A stretch of 59,344 nucleotides of DNA, filler included, from Streblomastix strix (lineage: Eukaryota): the NCBI GenBank assembly GCA_008636045.1. It is 3 parts of 3 records of this genome, joined end to end, with 100 filler letters (N's around TTAATTAATTAA, not from the genome) between each part and the next. Parts side by side here need not be neighbours in the genome. Positions count along the whole stretch, not along the records: positions 1 to 19,723 come from SNRW01000491.1; positions 19,824 to 39,538 come from SNRW01000492.1; 1 more part is not named here. One strand, written 5' to 3'. Position 1 is the first letter of the stretch. The number at the start of each line of letters is the position of its first letter. Shown here one piece after another: positions 13,427 to 26,205 of the stretch. Below the pieces are notes generated by a model, which was not told the DNA's origin, did no database searches, and saw nothing but the letters and a program-made list of their open reading frames with translations. A program made the position numbers and the translations under genes.

Positions 13427-16400
13427 TCACTTTTTCTTTCCCGCATCTTCTTTATCTCCAATTATTGATATTAACATTGGAAATAATTCTTTAGCTTTGA
13501 TTTTTATTTCTTATTTTTTATTTTCATTCCAATTATTATTCCATCTATTCCCCAACCAATCAATATATTCATCATTTGTTAATTATTAAACTTTCCATTT
13601 AATAATTGAAGCAATTTTTAATTTATTGATATTTGATCCATATTTAAGAATTGAAAGTGACAGATTAAGATTTTCAAGAGTATATTAAATATCTCTCAAG
13701 AGTTCCTTTTCAAATTAAATAACAAGAATTGCATCATGGTTTTCTTTAAATATTTATTATATATTGAATATAAAGTAAAATAATAACAAAATTAAATAAA
13801 AAAAATTAATATAAATATATTTAATAATAAATAATTGTTACCTGTGCATTCAGCAAGAAGTGAAAGTTCATAAATATCAATATTTTATTTGAGTTATGCA
13901 ATAACATTATTCCTGATTTCTGGTGGAAGAGGAAGAGATTTGAAAAGATAAGAAAGTGTTTATGCAATTAATCTAAGAATATCTTTATCTTTTTCATCTT
14001 TGAATATTTGAATTAATTTTAGAATTGTTCCATCTGACTAGAATTATTAATGTTGTGGATGTTATTATCCTTCTTTTAATCCATCTAATCCAGCTTTTAT
14101 TATTATTAATATTATAAAAATTGATTCTTATCTGATATCTCCATTTTTTGAAACAAAAAAATTCATCATTAATTGAATAATTCCCATTTCAAATAATTTT
14201 TTTTATTATTCAGTTGGAACATATTAAACAAATGATTTCATAGGCTTAAGAGATCCTTATTTTATTTGAAGAGGAGAAATTGATTTAAGAATATGAATAT
14301 ATTGTTCTAAGAATTTAGTTTCATCAATTATTATTCTTTATACTTTAGAATTGTCTTTGATTAATATTTCTATAATTTCTCCAATAATAATCATTTTCCC
14401 TTCTCCTTCAGATTCTTTTATTGATTTTTCTATTATTTCATTTATTCTTCTTATTAATCCAGCTTTTATTAATTCAATTAATCCTTCTTCACTTTTTCTT
14501 TCAACAACTCTTCTTATTCTTATTAATTCATTCATTGTATTTGGATCTAAATAAGAACTGAGAAGATATTTGATTTCATCTACATAAAATTTATATCCCC
14601 AATTATTCTTTCTATTTTTTATTTTATTAAGTGTTTCTATAGAAATTGAATTTTGAATTAATTATTATGTTTATTAAGATCCAAATAAGAAAAGATTAAG
14701 AAGAAGGAGAAGAGAATATTTAACAGTCTTATATTCAATATTTACATCTTCTGACTCTTTTCTCCTATAAAAATAAATAAAACAAAATAAATTTTAATTA
14801 TTTGAATAGATATATTCTCTTCTTAAACTAATTTCATACTGTAAATATTCAGCAACTGTCTAAATTTCATTTCCATCGATAATTAAATCATGATTATCTA
14901 AGCATGTATAAGAAAATAAAATTAAGTAAAATTATATATAAATTAATTAATAATTTATTTAATTAATTAATTAATTAATTAATTAATAATTAATAATTTT
15001 TATAAATATTTACCTTAATTAACAGCAATTAACGTGAGCGATTCTAATGCAGGATTTCTAATATTACTATTATCTGATTTTGATTAATCACAAAAATATT
15101 TGATTATTTGCTATTTGAGATAGATAGGCAGTTTGATTCCTTCAGAATAAAGAATATCGAGAAGTTCACAAACAATTTTCTTATTCTCCATATCAATTTC
15201 ATTATTCAAAATAACATCTTATATTAAAGTTATTATTATTTATTATTTTTCTAATTAATCCAAATAAGGATGAGGAAGAGAAAGAAGTTACTGTAAGTGA
15301 AATTGAGATGGAGAAGTTGATTATTATTATTATAATTATTTCCATCCTTTCTTAATAACATGAATGAAGGTCATAAGTATTTAATGTTGAACATCTTTTT
15401 CCTTATTCTTCAATTTTGAAGAAAGAATCTGAAATATTCCCATTTAATATAATTAATGAGTTTATTAAGATGATCCATATTGGCTGATTTTTTCTAATGT
15501 TTCAATTATATTCGATTAAATCTTGTCTGTTGGTGCTTCTTATATTTGATTAATTAATTCCATTACAAGTCCTGAATTAATTATTAATTCAATAATTTCT
15601 TCATTTAAATCTAAATTTACATTAATCAATTCAATTATATTTCTAGTTAATTCAATAATTGCAGTTATTATTTCTTAATTTATTTTACTTTAGATTCGAA
15701 TATTAATTGATTTTGAAGTTAATAAAGCATCTTTCAGTTATTTAAATAAACGAAGAGAAGCTTCGAATTAATCTTAAGGAATTTATCTTAATTATTCAAT
15801 TGTTAATGCTTAAATTGGAAGAATAACTTATAATTATGGTTGAGTAATATTAGGTTATAAATTTGGAAATTGTTGAAATTATTGTTATTAATATTATTAT
15901 GGGAATTGAAGAATGGGTTAATATTATTTATCAATTTATGGTTAATATTAATTGATTTGTGGGATTGGTTGTATAATAACATTTTACTATTATATGTATT
16001 AATTATCAAATACAGGTTGTATTGGAAAAGGTTAATAATTTGGAAAAGGTTATTAATTTGGAGAATGTTGATATTATTATTATTGCTGTTGTTGTTATTA
16101 ATGGAGTAAAGATATAGGTTAATATTAAATAAGTTATTATTATTAGTTAGTTGGATTAATAGGAAATTGATGATTATTATATTGAATTTGCGGATTTATT
16201 TGAGGTTGGTTAATAATTTGATTCTATTATTGCTTTTATTGAATAGGTGGAATAATCTGTGCTTTAAATTGTGCCATTTAAACATAAGGATAAACTGGAC
16301 CAATAATCTTATGAACTTCAATAAGTGGAAAAATGAAATTTGGATTAATATCAAATTAATTTATTTTTATATTTCCATTTTGTTAAGCAATTTATGAAGT

Positions 16401-18153
16401 TTGAGCTAATTGTAATTATTCTTTTGTAATTTCTTATTATACTAGATTGCTTGTGAAGAATGGATGTGTTAATGCTTCTGAAGCTGAAATTCTTACTTTT
16501 CGATCAAATTCCAACATTCTTTGAAGAAGATTCCATAAATTATTATCTGTGATTGATGGAGGTCGAATTAGTACTCTGTTCCGCATGAATCTATTTGCAT
16601 TAATAAAATATATTTAAAAAAAATTAATAAATAAATTAATAATTAAATAAATTCATTAAATAATATTAATTGAATAAAAAATCTCAAACTATGAAATTTC
16701 ATATTCATTATGCGGATTGTATGGAAATGTGTGAGTTGTTATTTAATAGAGAAGCATTCCAAGGGACCAAATGTCAACCTACAATAATATAGTATATATA
16801 AACAAAAATATTATGAATTAAATCAAGTTTAAATATATAAAATTATATTTTTCAATTTTTAAATTTTATTATTATTCATACTTTTGAATCTGCTTTTGTA
16901 ACATTATTTGCATTTGCTAGATATAAATCTGGTGCCATATAAGCATCTGTCCTAAGAATTAAAAATTAAATAAAAATAAATATTTCAGAGAAAATATTTA
17001 AAATTAAAAAATATTTAAATACCCTCTTTATGACATTATCAAAGATTGTTGAAGATCATTTTGTGCATTTTTCATTAATCCAAAATCTGCAATCTTCAAA
17101 ATCTATTTATTAAATATTAAAATAATTGAAAATAAAAAAAAATAAAATATATATCAAACCACTCTTCCAGAACCTGTTGGACTATGCATCAAAATATTAT
17201 TTCCTTTTATATCTCTAATTAAATTAATTGCAGAAAAAAATTAAATAATTAATTTGTTAATAAATTAAATAATTAATTTGTTAATAATTTTAAATATTAA
17301 TTTGCTAATAAAAATACAATTAAATAATACCTATGAATAATTCCCTTAGAATGAATATAACTTAATCCTTACACTGAGTTATATATTATAATTCAAAAAT
17401 AAATCATAATTAAATAAAATATAGTATAATTAAATCATAATGAAATAAAATATAGTATAATTAAATCATAATGAAATAAAATAATTAATCATTAAAAATA
17501 CAGATCATACAAATTTATCTCATAATTACTCGAATTATTGGGATTGGTATGTTTTTCATTGTTTTAATCAAATCAAATAGAGTCTGAATGTGAAATTAAA
17601 GAAATAATAAAATTAATATAAATTAATACAAAATAAATATTATTAGAACAATATTAATAATATTTAAATAAAATATATTAATAATAATATTTATTAAACC
17701 CCCAAATTTGAATATTCCATCAAAATAACTGTCATCTTATCAAAATACTTAGCAAGAATATTCTGAACAATAAAAGGACTTATCTAAGATCGATCTTGAC
17801 TCAGAATTCCTGTAGCATTCCATTCATTCATATCAAAGTCTTCATTCATAATCACTTTAGCTGCAACAAATTCTTCTTCTAAATCAGGATGATGAACAAG
17901 AAATACTCTGTTAATTGAATAATGAAGTATATAGAATATTATATTTATATTTATGTATACGGATATGATAATAAATAATATACTGTCCAAACGCTCCATG
18001 ACCTGAATAATATATAATATAAGAAAAGTTTATTAATGATATAAAAAATTAAAGCAAGATATAAAATATACCAATCTTTTTGAAGATTTGGAATCCTTGC
18101 GATTCAAGCAACTATCGCATCTATTATTCAAGCAACTGCTCGTTGGATATCAT
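13427..18153 (-). CDS. Ser/Thr protein kinase (CAMK-like) + Gln/Pro-rich linker + ARM/HEAT-like repeats, multi-exon
   Basis: ATG at 18153. Motifs LGHGAFGQV, AAKV, MEY, IHRDIKGNNIL, KIADFGL, GTDAYMAPD, DIWSLG, RKVRISASEAL. These are followed by a TAA/CAA-rich poly-Q segment (~15800-16450) and helical repeats. TGA at 13427-13429. Confidence 0.9.
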
Positions 18154-18723
18154 TGCTATATTGTGAAACATTAATTAAATAAAAATATATATATAAATTA
18201 ACGACTTAAGTTTTATAAGAAAGCAAACTGATAGTTTGTAATTTGAATCAGTTTAAGTGTTAAATAAATAAGGAAAATTATATTAAATAGTCGTCTTTAT
18301 CATTATATTTTGAAAAATATTTATATTTATACTAAATTGTTATATAAAATCAATGATAATTTATTATATTCAGGAAATTAACAAGATTTTTTAAAATATA
18401 ATAAAATCAAAAATTCTGGTAAGCAATCTATTTGTGTATGACTAAATAAAATAGTTGCATAAATATTATGTAAATAAAAATAAAATTGTTCCTGAGCGAT
18501 GAAAATAAGTTTTTTAAATTATGCTTGGCGAGTAAATCGATTTTAATTTTGTGTTTTTTATCTTGCTTTTTCGTCATTTGATAAGGTATGCAAACAATCA
18601 TTTGTATATAATTTACATGCGCATAAACATTTATTAACCAAGAAAATATCAATAGAACTGTAATAGTTTCAACTAACTGAGTATAGCGAGGTTCTCCAAA
18701 ATTGAGGAAAAGGTAGAATTTTG

Positions 18724-19723
18724 AAACATGATATAAAAATCAGATTTTATATATAAATTTTGTTTTAGGTTGTAATGAAAAGAGGAAAATAGAGAAAATA
18801 GAGCAAAGCATACAACTGCCACTAATTAAAAAGATATTTAAATTTTTTTCAGTTATTATTATCAACATCATTCTAACCTTATATTTTTACATCATGATTG
18901 GGAACATTTCATGCTAATTAGTTGAAGTCTGAAGAAATTGATATTTTAGCTATATGAATAATCATCAATAGTCGTTCAACAATTTTAAATTTTATATATT
19001 ATCTTTCAATGTTAATACTATCCTTTAACCAGTCTACTTTAAACGATTTTAATATGATAAAAATGTTATTATCAATTTTTATTCTTTACATTTAAAGTTA
19101 AATTTTAAATTGATTTTATTTTTTTTTAATTCAGGTCATTTTTATAAATTTTTCCTTAAAAAATATTTTTCTTCTTCTTATATACATAGATATTACAAAG
19201 GTTAAAAATTATCATTTAGATGATAACATAATGCTAGATCTCTGCAGTAATTCGTCGAAGATAATATAAAATAATACAGGATTGGGGAATTATTTATTCA
19301 TTCTTTTTTCATTTGCAATATAAATTTATGGAGTTATAATAAATTAATATAATAATAACGTGAATTCATTCATTTTTACTAATTTATATTTTTAATAGTC
19401 ATCCAAATCGGTAATAAAAGATAATTTTATCTTATCATTTCATTTTATCAAAATATCTATTGTTTCTTTTGATTATTTATTGATGATTATTCACATAGCT
19501 AAAATATCAATTTCTTCAGACATCAACTAATCAGCATGAAATGTTCCCAATCATGATGTAAAAATATAAGGTTAGAATGATGTTGATAATAATAACTGAA
19601 AAAATTTAAATATCTTTTTAATTAGTGGCAGTTGTATGCTTTGCTCTATTTTCTCTATTTTCCTCTTTGCATTACAACCTAAAACAAAATTTATATATAA
19701 AATCTGATTTTTATATCATGTTT
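18724..19723. repeat. Long inverted repeat (arms ~18724-18970 and ~19478-19723), truncated by the contig end
   Basis: The arms are reverse complements over ~246 bp with 4 substitutions and 1 single-base indel, separated by a ~500-bp spacer. Confidence 0.9.
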
Positions 19724-19823
19724 NNNNNNNNNNNNNNNNNNNNNNNNNNNNNNNNNNNNNNNNNNNNTTAATTAATTAANNNNNNNNNNNNNNNNNNNNN
19801 NNNNNNNNNNNNNNNNNNNNNNN
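19724..19823. other. Artificial contig linker (44 N + TTAATTAATTAA + 44 N)
   Basis: Exactly 100 nt with a core carrying TAA in all six frames. The three segments are 19723, 19715 and 19706 bp, i.e. sorted by length. Confidence 0.98.
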
Positions 19824-20527
19824 ATTAATATATAATAAATAACCTTAAAATTTGACTACAACATTAAGTTGTCTTCTTCTCTCAATTCATTTGCTTTAAT
19901 TTCGTTGTCTAATTTATATTGTATTGATTTCTGTGCAAGTTATTCTAATTGATATATTTGGCGATAGTTTAAATTTGTAAGAATAAAATAAATGACCAAA
20001 TAATAATGAATGAAATAAAATTCTAAAATTAAAAGGCTAATATTTGCAAATTTTAAGTTGAATAATTTGAAGCGTATGTTGCAAGTCAATTAATTATTCC
20101 TTAAATAGGAAAATAAGTTAAAAGCTATTATTTTAATTTTATAAATATAATGATTTTATAATAAATTTATATTAAAATTAGAAATGACTGGAATTTTGTG
20201 TAACTCATTAGCAAATTATTTTACGAGATGGTTTTTGTATTACATCTAATAATAAATAAAAAATTGTATATTAATGCTGATTTTGAATTACAAAAAATTA
20301 TTTATTCATACAAAATATTTAATGTTTATCGAGAAAATTTTTAGTAAAAAATAATTTTTATGATCTCGATCAAGAAAGCATAAAATAATATACTTTCCAA
20401 TTAAAATATAAATGAAACAAATCATGGAATAATAATTGTTGGATGAAATTCCCTAATCGCACAAGAGTCTGTGAAAAGTATGATTGAAATTAGTTAAACT
20501 CAATATATTTTAGTAAAATATTGATTC

Positions 20528-20978
20528 AAATAAGCCTCTATTAGCACTTTGGGTAAAATTTTAATCTCTGCAGTATTTACCTCTGCCAGTATCTTTAACT
20601 TGAATTTTATACGATTTTTTAAATTTATTTATTTTTTAACTTATTTAAATAAATTACAATTACCATGATGATACTTTTGCATCAAACAAAATTATTATTA
20701 TTATTTGCCAATTCTTTTATGTATCACAAGTTTTTTTTAATAAATAGCATATTAAGTAATTAAATATAATTAAATTATTACTAAATAAGAACATATATAC
20801 ATATAATTCTAATTATTTGTAGATGTTATTTAGATTTTATTATTTTTTTTCTTTTTTCAATTTTTTCAGCTTAGAGTAAAACGCTATTTTTGCAATATCA
20901 TATATTTATTCTTACTCACAGAACTCTGATCGACTCACCCATCCAAAATCCAATGGGTCAGTTTGGCATACCCAATTT
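20528..20978 (+). repeat. Dispersed ~450-bp repeat, copy 1 (copy 2 at ~33285-33737)
   Basis: Collinear shared blocks: AATAAGCCTYTATTAGCACTTTGRGTAAAA, TCAAACAAAATTATT, ATATCATATAT and CTCACCCATCCAAA..TGGGTCARTTTGGCAYACC. Confidence 0.8.
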
Positions 20979-20996
20979 AAATCACAATAACATTAT

Positions 20997-21990
20997 TAAT
21001 GTTGGCTTAAAATGTTGTTAAATAATTTGCAGCGCGTGTCTCAGCGTATTAAAAAAATCTTAAAACGCCTTAAATTCATGAAATTAAATTTTTAAAATTA
21101 TTTTTGTGTTGATTGGTATTAATTATCATGAATTAAAATGTTTACATAATGAAGTGTATTTTTCTGAAGAAATAAATTGAGTATTGATTAAAATCAAAGT
21201 TATGCATATATAGAATTCGTTAAAAATTATTTTTTTGCAATTTTCATTTGATTCTCAGCGACTGTCAATATTTAATATAAATAATTTCAGTAATTGTGCT
21301 ATGAAAGTAATATCTAATTAAACAAAACATAAATTAATATTTTATACAACTTATCCAAGAAAAGATAGCACAAATGCACCTTTTTTTTTAAAAAATTACA
21401 ATTTATATCAATTTTTATTCAATATCCAAAGGATTACAATATATCAAACACTTATAATTTTATTTAATATACACAATATTTACAAATATTTACATATACG
21501 AAAATAATTACTCCCTTTATTACTGAAAAATCTAAAAAGCGGTTAAAAGTGCTGAAAAAAAACGCCTAAAAATGCTGCAAAAAGCGCTGTAAAGCGCTGG
21601 GCATTAAATTCTCAACGAATATTAAATATTTTTTTTTAAATTTGATATAGATTTATCAATTAATATGATAATTTCTATTGAATTTGTCAATAACTACACT
21701 AAATACATTTGTAAGAGTGGAGTAAATTGAGCGCGAAAAATCAAGTTTTTTTTAAAAATATTAATAATTAGGACTAATAATCAATAATAACGACGCTGTT
21801 TAAGAATAAAATTTATAATTTGTCTAATTGATAAGTTTTATTAACTCAAATAATAAAATATTTGTTTTTTGACGGAACAAAATTTCGGATTTTTTTTAAC
21901 TATTTATTGATTGGAAAATTTTAATTAGAGCGCTTATAATTTTGCGCAGCGCGCGTTCAGCGCTCTTAAAAGCGCTTTTGTCCAACACTA
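20997..21990. mobile_element. Non-autonomous hAT-like DNA transposon (MITE), ~994 bp
   Basis: Termini TAATGTTGG ... CCAACACTA form an 8/9 inverted match. The flanking 8-mers AACATTAT and AAAATTAT match 7/8, as expected for an 8-bp target-site duplication. Internal and subterminal AGCGC(T) repeats; no ORF recognised. Confidence 0.65.
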
Positions 21991-22451
21991 AAAATTATTA
22001 GAAATTCATATATATATGTTAAAATCAATTCATTAGAAAAAAAATAATTAGTTTTTTAAATCTCTCTTCCAACGTCATTCTCAAATTAATATTTAATATT
22101 CTATATTTCAATCTCTTATAAATAATATTTAAATGTTGTTTCAAATATTTAATTAACATTCTCATCTGCTTATGTTTAATTAGAATTTATTTTATAAAAT
22201 GTAAATTTTTCTCATTGTTTAAAAATTGAAAATTAATACCAAATATATATTTCTAATTAAGCCATATCATTATTGTTATTCTTAATATGTGCATACATTA
22301 TTAGATTAGATCCGCTATTTTTGCTGGTTAAAAATACAAGATGAAAAGAATCATTCCAATTCAAGCTACGAATTAAATTTTTCTTTAATATTATTAAAAT
22401 CATTTCTATTGCTCTGGTATATATTATTATTTATATTCAGGAAAGCTTTGA

Positions 22452-24594
22452 ATGCCTGACAAATCATAGTAATCAAAACTGTCTATTCATAAAGTATTTC
22501 TATTTTGGACAGGGCTACTTTGTGTTGCTTTCATTGCGGTCTTTGTCTTTGGCATTGTTGGGATATTATCGATGGAGATTCTTGCCAATATTGCTATTTT
22601 TGTCCTTATTCTTGGGTTGGGCGGCATTGGCGTTTCTTTGATTGGGTTTATTGCTGGGTTCAAGAAAGAAATAACCCGCAAACGAAGAGCATGATAATTA
22701 TTTATATATATATTTAATAATATTTTACCTCTTAATCCTTATCTTATGAAATTTAGTACGCCCTTCTCTTCTTTAATTGCTGTGTCATTATCCTTATTGT
22801 TTTGTTCATCATTGCTTCATTTGCACTTTTTTTCACCAAATCAACAATTAGACTATTTATGGCAATGTCACTGCCTGAAATATAATAGTGGATTCCAAAG
22901 TTCTAATAATAAAAATATGAGTTTGCAAAGAAATAAACATAAAATTTTATTTATTTTTATGTGTAATTTTAATTACTGTAATTATTTCAGAATTATTCAA
23001 TCATAACTGAATACAATAACATCGTTAATGACTGTCATTGGAATTTATTGTTTAATTGTTTCAATATTATTACTAATCACAGTAACAATAACTGTAATCA
23101 AATTGAAAGGAGCAGTTGAAGGAGGATATATAAAGGTAGAAAATTAATTATATATATATAAATTCCTTATAGAAAAATATAATTAAAATAAATTTTTCAT
23201 TTTAATTTTTAACTCATTATAATTCTTCTACTAATTGCTTACACGTTTTATTATTCATTTATATATTATTTTTATTTCATATAGATCTTGATAGGCACTT
23301 CATCACTAACCATGTTGTTATTAGGGGTCTTTGTGGGTATATTCCTTATTGTAATGATAAACTACAATGAGAAGAAAGATACGAATTTCACTCTGAATGG
23401 AGAAAGAAATGAAAATTTGAGTTCAGTGTTAAGTCATTAATAATAAGTATAAATATAGGCTAATTCTTATGATCTTGCCAGTATTATCAAGCAGTAGAAA
23501 GGGTTGTTTATTGCTATTAGCATTGTTGGTTTGCAAAATAGAATGAATAAATACATATATTATATCTATTTATTTATTTTACTTTATATTAATTTCTATT
23601 GTAGGATTTGCTGTAAGTCTTGCTGGACTGTTTGGAATCTTTGTCACTTGTTGTGGTAAGAAACACAAGTATGATTTAAATATGCTGATTTATTGATTAT
23701 TATAAATTTTAGATGAAAAAATTAGAATTATATAAATAATATAAATTTCTATGTTATTTACCACTTTATAATTTCTTTCTTTCTTTATTTTATTATTAGA
23801 CTTTTAACAACAATATCAATTATCGTGTCAGTTGTTATTGCGCTGCTATTCCTTGCATTAATAATTATATCTTTGATAGTGAGGGCTACCATTCTGTCAA
23901 ATATCGATAAAATGTGTGATAAAACTGATTAGGCCTAGTTGGAGTGCACAGCAAGATAAATAATACTAATGTATAACAGATGCAACAATATATAGGTATT
24001 GATTATAATTATGAATATTAATAAAATTTGATGAATAAGAAAAAATTGAAAATTTAATTTTTAGAATAGGAGAAATATATTTAAATTAATTTAATATTCT
24101 AATCCCATATTTTATTTGTTATAACCAGGATACAACAAAATAGGCAAAGTGTATTTTAGAAACAAATCAAAAGAAGCTTCTGCAATTATATAAGGATGCC
24201 GCATCTGGATGGATTTACTTGGCCGGTGTGTATAATTATAACATTATTAGATTTGAATGTTTATTTTTTTCAAATAAATATTTTATTATATTTTAAGATA
24301 TATATTAATTGATTAATTTATTTGTTCTTTTGATTTTAATTATTTATTATATTTTATAGTTTGCACTTGCCTATTTTTGTTCTTGTTTTTAGGATTTGAA
24401 TCAACATTGACAATTGTTCAGCGAGCCAGAAACAAGGTTTGTATTAAATTAAAATGTTTTAAAAAAACTCTTATTTTTTTATTTTTTATTTTATATTTCC
24501 TTAAATATAGAAAGATTTTCCTGAAATAAAGGAAGGCTCACTTACTGAATTTGCACACTCAAAACGCAGTAGAAGCGAACCCGATAGCTTTTGA
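22452..24594 (+). CDS. Eight-TM membrane protein built of two tandem tetraspanin-like units, multi-exon
   Basis: The spliced translation gives 2 x 4 hydrophobic helices. TM2-type motifs GVSLIGFIAGFKKE and SLAGLFGIFVTCCGKK are present, with a Cys-containing loop between TM7 and TM8. TGA at 24592-24594. Confidence 0.7.
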
Positions 24595-25003
24595 TAGTAA
24601 AATTGAACTTCAAAATAATCCAATAAATAATCAATCAAATTCTTAAGTACAACTCGGTTTTTAATCATTTTTTATTGACACTCCTATTATTCGCAACGAA
24701 TTGAATTAACAAATATTATATTTAACATTGTCATGGCAGAACTACATGTCCTAATGAAAAATCGTGTTTTTATACAGAAAACGCTTGAATTTTGTAACAA
24801 CTTTCTTTATACTTAATTATATATTTAGTGCTCTTATAAATTAATATAAAAAATTTATGTTTAACATTATCAAATCCGAATTATTATACACAAGAAAAAA
24901 AATTAATTTTCTACACTATTCATTATACAAATATCATTTATTTTAACTTAGTTGGTAAATACACATTTTTTATTTCAATATTTATTCATCTATTAAGAAT
25001 AAA

Positions 25004-25656
25004 ATGTCCATTTTTGAAACTATCTTAAAGAGATACATTGTCGCAAATTTGATGACAAGTCAGTGCCGAAAGAATTGATTAATAAAATCTTAGAGAGTAT
25101 GCGATTTGCACCAAGTGGATTGAATTAGCAAGGATGGCATTTCAGAGTAGTCACGAATCAGAAAATCTATGATAATATTGGAGCAGTTATTGAACCACAA
25201 ATCCTTAAGGCTGGACCACAAAATATTGAAAGAAAACTTCCTGGAATAAGAAACATCACTTTTTATAACGCACCTGTTGTCATATATGCGACAGTCCCTG
25301 TTGAAGCACATCGCATGAAATACATTGATATTGGACTTGCAATTGAGAATGGAGCACTTATTGCTGAAGAGCTTGGTTAGTGTTTTGAATAATTTAATTA
25401 TTTATTTAATTAATTTACAACAAATTTATTAATAAATATAAACATTATATAAATATTATATTTTGTAGGTCTTGGAGCAGCAATTATAGGAACAATCAGA
25501 GAGCTTGGTCCTGAAATTGTCTATAAAACATTGAATATTGATGAAACTAAAGAAGAATACATCATTTCATTGGCGATTGGTTATATTGCAGAAGGATTTC
25601 AGCCACAGATCAGACCTAGGAAGCCAATTGAATAGATTGTAACATTTATTGAATGA
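25004..25656 (+). pseudogene. FMN nitroreductase family gene with a 1-nt frameshift near codon 12 (pseudogene or sequence error)
   Basis: MSIFETILKRY-[AT, 2 nt]-CRKFDDKSVPKELINKILESMRFAPSGLNQQGWHFRVV...YNAPVVI...DIGLAIENGALIAEELGLGAAIIG...LAIGY...RPRKPIEQIVTFIE-TGA. One GT-AG intron at 25376-25468. Confidence 0.85.
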
Positions 25657-26205
25657 ATAAACATAATTCTTATTTCATATTTAATTGATGTAAAGATAAT
25701 ATGTCTAACAATGATTTGAAATGTGATAAGATTTTTTATTTAAATTTTCTCGGTTATATTTTAGATTTTCAACATTTACAGAACTACAATATAATTAATT
25801 ATATAAAAATTAGTATTTAAGATTATTATTAGAACATAATATTAGCAATTCATTTGGTTGAAAATATAAAAAATAGTGTAATTTTTATATGAACAAGAAC
25901 ATTACACGCAAACATTCAAAATTTTTAAGTGATCAATGATTTGCTGCATAAATGAATGATATACGTGTAGGTAAAATAAGGAATAGAAATATGATTGACG
26001 TGTAGGAAAGAGAGATTGATCAATAATATAAAAATAAAATAAAATTATTATTAAAGGGAGATAAAGCAAAATATGTGTGTAATGAGAATATTATGATTAT
26101 GATGAATAGACGAGTATTTGATTTGAATACAAATTAATCACAAATGTAAATGAAGAATAATTACTAGATTAAATATTAATTCATTAATATTATTATTACT
26201 CTTAT

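Noticed and set aside
19724..19823. Palindromic TTAATTAATTAA within Ns (also 39539-39638)
   Set aside because: Synthetic spacer. Adjacency across it has no biological meaning, so no gene-neighbourhood claims are made between contigs.
22341..22451. Upstream ORF ending in TGA immediately before the tetraspanin-like ATG
   Set aside because: Short AT-rich frames are commonly open when TGA is the only stop; there is no independent support.
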